Assembly (NCBI GenBank): GCA_003344405.1
Contig: NOWV01000024.1
Span: 558,001-622,000, forward strand
DNA: 64,000 bases
Source: Trichoplax sp. H2
Lineage: Eukaryota
Direction: 5' to 3'
Position numbers and translations under genes: made by a program. Shown piece by piece: positions 56,070-64,000 of the stretch; position 1 is the first letter of the stretch, and every line of letters begins with the position of its first letter. A model generated the notes under the pieces. The model did not search any database, was not told the origin of the DNA, and saw only the letters and a program-made list of their open reading frames with translations.

Positions 56070-58703
56070 ATGACACGAAAAAAAGTGCTTCCATTCTATC
56101 TGCTAATTACGATAATCATTATATCCAAGAATATTTTAACTCAGAGTCAAAAACTACATGAAAGACAAACGAAGAAGCTACTGCATCCATACGCACCAGG
56201 TGATCTTATGATTGGCAGTCTAATGAACATTGAAAGAGTTTATAACAGCCATGCCGATAAATACATTCCAAACTATGATGTTAAAATGAAAAGAGTATTG
56301 GCTATCATTTATAGTATTGAAATGGTCAACAAGAATAAGCATTTACTGCCTAATGTGAGCTTAGGCTACGATATGCGAGATTATTGTTCGTGTACCAGGG
56401 TTGCTTTAACTCAGTCGTTTGATTTTGTAAAGAGTTTTTCTGCAACTAATTGCGATGAAAAGTATTCACAGGATCATGCTGGTTCTGGAAATTCTAAGAA
56501 TAAAACTAGTACCCACAATAATCTAATAGCAATTATGGGGACTGAAACAAGTAAGGATTCCATTGCCGTAGCAACGCTAATAGGTGATTATCATATTCCC
56601 ATGGTTAGTTATTTTTCATCAAGTCATATTTTAAGTGATACAGTGCGTTTTAAGACATTCTTTCGTACAATACCATCGGATATTAATCAAGCTAAAGCAC
56701 TTGTTAAACTCGTCAAATATTTTGGCTGGAATTATGTTGCGCTAGTGGCGGTTACCGATAGCTATGGTGACGCATTAGCAAGTTCATTTTCGGCTATGGC
56801 TTCAACAGTTGGCATCTGTATACCCATACATCGCATCATCTCTACTTTAGATGGCAAGAACCAGATTCGGAATATCGTTCAAGATATTGCTAAAAATGAT
56901 AAAGTTAATGTCATCTTATTAATGGTGACTCTAACTGAAGCAAAGTTATTCATCGAGGAACTTTACAACCAAAATGTTACTGGTAAAACACTCGTCGGCT
57001 GCGACGCTTGGATAGGTGATAAGCTTTTGCGAATAGTGAACCATATTTATTTCGATCAGCAGGGTGTTATAGGTCTTACATTTTCGCCGAATTATATAGA
57101 TGATTTCGAAAGATACCTAGCTAACATTAATTTATGCCAGCAAGATAATAATGTCTGGTTACAAGAATATCAGCGATGGAGAAACTGGGGAAATCCTCTT
57201 TCTCGCCACTGTAAACTTCCTCGAGTACCCAAAGTGAGAGTTAACTCTTCCTTGCTTGATGAATCAGCCGCTGGCAATATTATCGATGGAGTTTATGCAA
57301 TTGCATACTCATTACATAAACTATTAAATTGTTCTACTCAATATTGTCCATATATTGATTTTCGACATTTTCCTAGAATGAAATTTATCAAGATCCTCCG
57401 TAAAATTACTTTCCCGGGATTAACAGCTAGCCGCTTCCGATTTGATATCAATGGCGATCGTTATACCGACTATTCCATCGCGAATATACAGAAACACCCA
57501 ACTACAGGCAGATTCTATCTCCGAGCAGTGGGTCGGGTGGGTAATGACCTTCAAATTAAAGCCGATAAAGATAAGTTCGTTTGGAATTTTCCATTGAATG
57601 ATAAAGATGAAATCGATAGTCATCCGAAATCGAGATGTAGTGAAGATTGCCAACCAGGAACCTACCGCGATGACATCGAAACTGGCGGTTGTTGTTGGAA
57701 TTGCAAACCTTGTCCTGATAACTATTATTCTAATCAAACTAATTCTCCATTATGCCATGCATGTTTATTGGGTTTTAAATCAAACGCCAACAGATCTGAA
57801 TGTATTAAAGTAAACATTACTAACTTAAGTCTACGCGATCCATTAGTTATTTTCTTATTTTCATTCCTTGTTGCTGCCGTTTTGCTTACGGCAATAATAT
57901 GGATCATGATGTGCTACTATCGACATACACCAGTTGTGAAGGCATCCAATTTTCCACTCACCAACTTGCTCCTCTTTAGCCTAATGTGTATCTACATTGC
58001 ACCGGCTGTCAACTTAATGCCACAGTCTAAAGTTACATGCACAGTAATGTCCTATTCATTTTCATTAGCATTATTGCTTACATTGGCAATCATAACAGCA
58101 AGAGCTCATCTTTTATCTCGATTATTTATTACTAAGCCTTGGCCAGCTGATCGAAATCGTCTCTTGAATTCAAATAAAGGTTATGTTGTACTTATTATAG
58201 GTGTAATGATTATAGCTGTTATTCTGCTAATATTTCTTAATTATATTGATCCATTATACGTTGAAAGATATATTTCACCAACCAATGTGGCCTATCCTTA
58301 CTGTTATAGTAAGAATAGTCTTGGTGTGATGGTGTTTTCTGCGATACAGATTGTAATGGACTTATTATGCATCTATTATGCTTTCAAGATCCGTAAAATC
58401 CCAAGTAATTTTAACGAAGCAAGATACATCTTTTTCGCTTCGTTAATAATGTGTATGCTATTTATTACCGTTTTATCAGCAAGTTTTGTCGAGCATGGGC
58501 CTTATGAGACGGCTATCCAGGTGATTGGAGTCACACTTATTTCCCTAAGTACAACTCTTTGTATCTTTGCTCCCAAGATTTACGTTATCTATTATGATAT
58601 GGAATTCAACGTTAAGAAAAATGCTATAGCAGCTATAGTTCAATATAGCTTTCAAGATAATATCTTCGGGTCACGAAATGCAAGTAGTGGATCTCAAAAA
58701 TAA
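56070..58703 (+). CDS. Class C GPCR (CaSR/mGluR-like), single coding exon, 877 aa; paralog of 42764-45538
   Basis: Uninterrupted ORF with signal peptide, GDLMIGSL, LLPNVSLGYDMRDYC, MVSYFSSS, RFKTFFRTIPSD, SRCSEDC...CCWNCKPC, TPVVKASN, KIRKIPSNFNEARYI and FAPKIYVI. Confidence 0.96.
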   Translation: MTRKKVLPFYLLITIIIISKNILTQSQKLHERQTKKLLHPYAPGDLMIGSLMNIERVYNSHADKYIPNYDVKMKRVLAIIYSIEMVNKNKHLLPNVSLGYDMRDYCSCTRVALTQSFDFVKSFSATNCDEKYSQDHAGSGNSKNKTSTHNNLIAIMGTETSKDSIAVATLIGDYHIPMVSYFSSSHILSDTVRFKTFFRTIPSDINQAKALVKLVKYFGWNYVALVAVTDSYGDALASSFSAMASTVGICIPIHRIISTLDGKNQIRNIVQDIAKNDKVNVILLMVTLTEAKLFIEELYNQNVTGKTLVGCDAWIGDKLLRIVNHIYFDQQGVIGLTFSPNYIDDFERYLANINLCQQDNNVWLQEYQRWRNWGNPLSRHCKLPRVPKVRVNSSLLDESAAGNIIDGVYAIAYSLHKLLNCSTQYCPYIDFRHFPRMKFIKILRKITFPGLTASRFRFDINGDRYTDYSIANIQKHPTTGRFYLRAVGRVGNDLQIKADKDKFVWNFPLNDKDEIDSHPKSRCSEDCQPGTYRDDIETGGCCWNCKPCPDNYYSNQTNSPLCHACLLGFKSNANRSECIKVNITNLSLRDPLVIFLFSFLVAAVLLTAIIWIMMCYYRHTPVVKASNFPLTNLLLFSLMCIYIAPAVNLMPQSKVTCTVMSYSFSLALLLTLAIITARAHLLSRLFITKPWPADRNRLLNSNKGYVVLIIGVMIIAVILLIFLNYIDPLYVERYISPTNVAYPYCYSKNSLGVMVFSAIQIVMDLLCIYYAFKIRKIPSNFNEARYIFFASLIMCMLFITVLSASFVEHGPYETAIQVIGVTLISLSTTLCIFAPKIYVIYYDMEFNVKKNAIAAIVQYSFQDNIFGSRNASSGSQK

Positions 58704-60357
58704 AACTATGGTTTGGACTATTGAATCTCAGGCAGAGTGCTATCAGCAATATGATAAAAAGTCAACATTGATGCATCTTAATTCTTCGTAAATTTATTGC
58801 ATGTGTTTTGTCTTGTAGCTTTATGAATATTCTTTCGCAGCTATTCCTTATTGTTAGCTTTAAATGAGCAAGCGTACGCTTTAGGTGATTGCCTTCCTTA
58901 TTAATGAAATTATTAATTTTTACTTGATCTACGATACTAATACCCATATTCACTTTCATACTGAGTTATTTGTGCCATAACGGTATTTTGTTTGTAAATA
59001 TTACAGAATTCTTCTACTTGTTAAGTTTTAAACGGCACTTGTACTATCCATTCCTTCACGATTACTGTATATTCGTTACCCAGTAATTACTTCAGGTAGC
59101 AGTGATTATAGTAGTTTTTATGGCGGCTATGGGCTAATAGGGTTTAAAAAATGCGATAATTTTAAAACTTCATTATCCATCTTTACTAGATGAAATACGA
59201 TTGCATATTATCTTGTGCTAATAACTGCTAATATTGAAGCTACGAGTATCTATTATACTTGTACATACGCGCATATATAGTATACGTACGATAAGAATAT
59301 GTGTAGCTACTACATATGTATCGATTTCATAAAATAAAATTGATTAGCGCTGCGAAATACTGTAATCGTTGTTATTAATGAGTGCTGTAATAGGCCTAAT
59401 CTAAAGTGCGGATGCTGTATCGGGTATGCGATATTTCGCTACAAGAGAATAATTTGTACAGAGTAGAGTTTAAGCTTAGATCGGTAAAATGATGTGGATT
59501 ACTAAAGTCTTCCAGCAAACTGAAACATTCTACTCTGATAAAATATGTACAGTATGCAAAGTATCATGTGCATGGGTTTTACAGAGTAATTAGTTACGTA
59601 TAACAAGCAACTTCTTATCCTGTTTTTTTTAATCGATCTACTTTTCATTGGAAAATAACCATAACAATCATTTTCTCTTCTACACTTTTCCGGTTTTAGT
59701 CGATTTACTTTGAGCGAAAAATAAATCATGACAGCTATTTATACAGCTATAAACTGGAAATATTTTCATCACAAAATAATCATAACTTTACAATATACAT
59801 ATATCGGTATAGTTGGATTGACTAGTCGATTTCTGCTGCTATTGATTGAAAGAAAAAAATCATTATGGCCAGTTGAATTAGTGGCGAGATTTCTAATCAT
59901 TAATTACTTATGTTAGGTTATTGTCAGAGTCATGTGAGCACGTAGATTATATTTTGGCTTGAAATAGTTCAATTGATACTAGTGTACTTCGTTAAAGGAT
60001 ATTTTAGCCATGTTTGGGCCCCGCAGTGCAGACTATGGACTACTAGAAGAAGACATGGACTGATCACTCTTGGACGGGCAGACGCTTTTGATCTCATCTC
60101 GTCAAAATATTGTGCCAAATACCTCGTTTTGACAGTACTTTAGTATAGAGACGATCGATTTTAAAAGGATTGATTTTTTTGTAAATGAAGTAATATTAAA
60201 TTGAATTTTATTATCTATTACTCAATTCTGCTTGGAAAGAACTCTATAAGATCGCCGATGTTATTTAAATTAGTACTGGAGATTTTTAGAAAACAGACAC
60301 GGAAGCTCCATCTACAACTGTAAGTAATCATTTTTCGATATTGACAAGTCTCATTTG

Positions 60358-60995
60358 GTAAGGAGAGTCCGCCTGTCCGAGGGAGTGGTCCGTCCCCGTG
60401 TACAGTACTATGTACTGTATTCTACAATGCACAGTACCACCTACTACAGTACTTACTATAGTAGTCACAACAGTCTGTTGAGTTAAGAAGAGTCTGTCTG
60501 TCCGAGGGGGTGGTCAGTCCCCGAGTACAGTACTACAGTATGTACATACTGTACTCCACAGTGTACAGTACCACCTTTTACAGTACTTACTGTAGTAATA
60601 ACAACACTCAATGTTGAGTGGTAAGAAGAGTCCGTCTGTCCGATGGAAGTGGTCAGTCTACATACAGTACTATGTACTGTATTCCACAGTGCACAGTACC
60701 ACCTACTACAGTACTTACTGTAGTAGTAACAGCAGTATGTTGAGTAGTAAGAAGAGTCCGTCTGTCCGAGGGAGTGGTCAGTCCCCGCGTACAGTACTAT
60801 GTACTGTATTCCATAGTGCACGCTACCGCCTTTTACAGTACAGTACTGTACTTACTGTAGTAGTAACAGCACTCAATGTTGAGTCGTAAGAAGAGTCCTT
60901 CTGTCCGAGGGAGTGGTCAGTACCCGCGTACAGTACTATGTACTGTATTCCACAGTGCACGCTACCGCCTTTTACAGTACTTACTGTAGTAGTTG
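60358..60995. repeat. Tandem repeat, 5 units of about 125-140 bp, GTAC-rich with a GC-rich head, upstream of IARS1
   Basis: TAAGAAGAGTCCGTCTGTCCGAGGGAGTGGTCAGTCCCCG.GTACAGTACTATGTACTGTATTCCACAGTGCAC...TACAGTACTTACTGTAGTAGT starts near 60358, 60483, 60621, 60747 and 60886. Confidence 0.96.
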
Positions 60996-61812
60996 TCATA
61001 CTGTACTGTACAGTATATTGGCTAACTACCTTATAGATACAGTGTACACTATACACTGTACAGTAGTAGTAACAGCGTTCAATGTTCAGTACTATCAAAC
61101 TGAGTGTCAGTACGGATTTTACAGCACTGTACTGTACTGTAGATCATTCATAAATGGGGATATAACGGTCAGTGATACTTTCATCATTTATGGACTTAAG
61201 AGCAAGTTTAACTTTCTAACTTTACCAGATTCAGATTTTTCAGAATCTCTCCATCAACCTAATATATCATTCAATTATAGCTTTACTGTATTTTTAAAGA
61301 AAAATATTGCCCGAAAGTGACAAAATGTTATGAAACAGTATGTACAGTGTACAGTGTACAGTCGGCTGGGTCGATGAAAATACTGTACACTGTAGGCTAT
61401 TGCATCCTGTAATATTTCGTAAGCCTTCAGAAACGCCAAAAGGAATAGACTTGAAGTTGATAGAAAAGCTTTTGATGCATAAAAGGAATAGGCTACAGTA
61501 TGATTAAGTCGCCATGGTTCGATCACCTACAGTCGGATGGATCGTACATAACGTGACCAGTTGACCATGGCTGCTTCTGCCATACCTTGCGTGCTTTAAC
61601 GGACCGGCGTGGAAGGCACCAGCTGAAAGTCCATCTCATTCAAGAAGGCTCTTGGCTATTTCGGTATGAGGAAAGAGTGATGAAATTCTGTTTAGCCTTG
61701 AAGAATTGTCAAGTGGATTGGAGCTATTCTTCGACTAATTGATTCACTTATTTTTCTCATTGCAAGACAATTGACTGCAGTGGGTGCAGGGTGAAATCCA
61801 GACGTAGAAACC

Positions 61813-64000
61813 ATGGCCGACTCGGAGCAATTTAGTTTTCCATCAGAGGAGAAAAAAGTTTTAAGTTTCTGGAAGCAAATTGATGCTTTTCAGTCTTGTT
61901 TAAGACAATCCAAGGATAAACCAAGGTGAAATAGCAATTGGATTAGGATATTGATTGTATGACTGTATTCGATGAGTCATAGATAGTGGATTACATGTTT
62001 TCATCAAATGATTCCTTTGTTCGATGGTAGAAGTACAACTTGAGTCGTTTCTAAAATTGTATTTAGGTACACGTTTTATGATGGACCACCATTTGCTACT
62101 GGCCTACCTCATTATGGTCATATCTTAGCCGGAACCATTAAGGTGAGCAGATAGTACGCATGCAGTACTATAGATTTTGCCTAGTTTTACATTCAGCAGT
62201 ATTTTTCCAGCTAAATAAAGCTTTTGTTGTCAACGTCAGATGACAGAAGATGCAGTCAATACTTTCGATATCACTATCATGGCCTACACGTTGATTTGAT
62301 ACGAGTATGATAACGTTATCATAAATGTGTACTAATAGAATGCTTTACATTCGCTTTGATCTTATAGTAGTATCGTGTAATAGTAGACAGCATTACAATA
62401 TAAAATGGTCAAATAGATTGGAGATGGAGAAATAAATTAGTCTATATTCAATAGCAGTAACAATCAACTGCAATTTAGAATGATATCTAAATCAATTAGG
62501 ATATTGTTACGAGATACGCTCATCAAAGTGGCTTCCATGTCATACGAAGATTTGGTTGGGATTGTCATGGTTTGCCAATTGTAAGTCATTGAAATCAACT
62601 ATCCTGAAGAATAACTCACAATGTTGAATCAATTAATCCTAACTGATGGGTATAGAATTTGCATTCAATAACCAATTTTTCTATATTGATCCATTGATAC
62701 TTAGGAATACGAAATAGATAAACAGCTTGGAATCAAGGTTAGAAATGAAATGAGAGATACAAGCGAAAATTATCGACTATGAGTAGTAATTACATAAAGC
62801 AGTATACCGTAGTCAAAACTAACAGTGATAACATTTTCAGGGGCCGGATGATGTTGCAAAAATGGGCATTAAAGCTTACAATGATGAGTGTCGTAAAATT
62901 GTCATGAGATATTCTAGCGAATGGCAGGTAATTATTGCATCTATCTCATAAATAAATATATATCATTGATAACGAATAAATAAGAGTTGATTGTCTTCAC
63001 TAAATGTTTTTAGTAGTAACTCGTATAGTGTACATCGATATATATATGAGTATATCAGTTAGTTGACATCATGTTTTATGCCTTAAAACGCTATATAGAC
63101 TATTGTTACTCGACTTGGTCGTTGGATTGATTTTGACCACGATTATAAGACATTATATCCATGGTATATGGAATCGATATGGTGGGTATTTAAACAGATA
63201 TATTCGAAAGGCCTTGTATATCATGGTTACAAGGTTATGCCATTTTCTACGGCTTGTAATACTCCATTATCCAATTTTGAGTCCGGACAAAATTACAAAG
63301 ATGTGAATGATCCTGCAGGTTTGTTCTAACGGATATCATATTGAAACCATTATAATTATCAAGGAGCAGTGAATTTCCTCCACAGATGTGCTATTCTTAC
63401 GCTACATATATCATTCGAATACAAATGAAACTCACATAATGCATTCTTCCACCATAGTTATTGTCTCGTTCCCTCTTGATGAAGATCCTAATATCAGGAT
63501 AATTGCTTGGACAACCACGCCATGGACGTTGCCGAGCAATTTGGCGTTGTGTGTTAACGCAAAATTGGACTACGTGAAAATACGTGATAATGCTACAGAA
63601 AATGTATACATTATGATGGAAGCAAGATTGGGTACATTATACAAAACCGATAAGGAATATACTATATTAGATAGGTATGTCTATTGTGTTTTGTTCAATA
63701 TTTTAAACTGTATTTGAAGATGCCATGTTATGTATAGTGGTCGTTCACAGCGTGTTGTTAGTCACTTTTTATTTTGTTCTCTGATCAAGGTTCACTGGAG
63801 ATGCCCTGCAAGGTAAAACCTATAAGCCGCTATTCCCTTACTTCGAATCGGTAATTACAATTTTTTATTATCATAGCAATAGGTTGGTAGAACGTTTAAA
63901 ACCGTCATAAATTGTTAATGCCAAAGTATATTATAATTTGATTTATTGTGTCATTATTCAGATGAAAGAACAGGGCGCTTTTGTCATATATTGCGATGAT
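61813..64000 (+). CDS. IARS1: Cytoplasmic isoleucyl-tRNA synthetase, 5' part (continues beyond the right edge)
   Basis: Exons 61813-61925, 62067-62142, 62500-62580, 62705-62737, 62841-62927, 63099-63318, 63458-63674, 63790-63850, 63962->64000. Motifs: [40 protein letters not shown] (HIGH-type), [49 protein letters not shown]. Confidence 0.98.

Noticed and set aside
43531..57813. ORFs 43531-43788, 48700-48909, 51609-51881, 57420-57737 and 57598-57813
   Set aside because: Antisense or alternate-frame shadows of the GPCR and CYP coding exons.
60483..61526. Overlapping 83-135 aa ORFs rich in Y/S/T/V/C on both strands
   Set aside because: Mostly translations of the GTAC-rich tandem repeat and its low-complexity flank, which are stop-poor; no domain signal.

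Overview
AT-rich eukaryotic genomic DNA with short GT-AG introns. It is probably an early-branching animal and looks placozoan/Trichoplax-like, but that is inferred only from composition, intron size and gene content. Manual splicing on both strands gives nine protein-coding genes in the order - + - + - + - + +: (1) a divergent SH3/DHR1/DHR2 DOCK-A/B Rac GEF running off the left edge; (2) a compact RSBN1/KDM9-type JmjC demethylase; (3) a WAC-DDT-WHIM1-WSD ISWI-partner protein that ends without PHD or bromodomain; (4) a signal peptide-FN3-C-type lectin single-pass membrane protein; (5) EMC3; (6) an intronless class C GPCR; (7) a mitochondrial-clan cytochrome P450; (8) a second intronless class C GPCR; (9) cytoplasmic IleRS running off the right edge. 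The main non-coding pattern is that all four head-to-head intergenic regions and the region upstream of IARS1 each carry a locus-specific tandem array of 110-200 bp units. These are often next to GTAC-palindrome tracts and GAC(A/G)GACG-type motifs, and one repeat unit contains two conserved stem-loops. No tRNA, rRNA, CRISPR array or intact transposon was recognised. Exon coordinates were read by hand and need RNA-seq confirmation.
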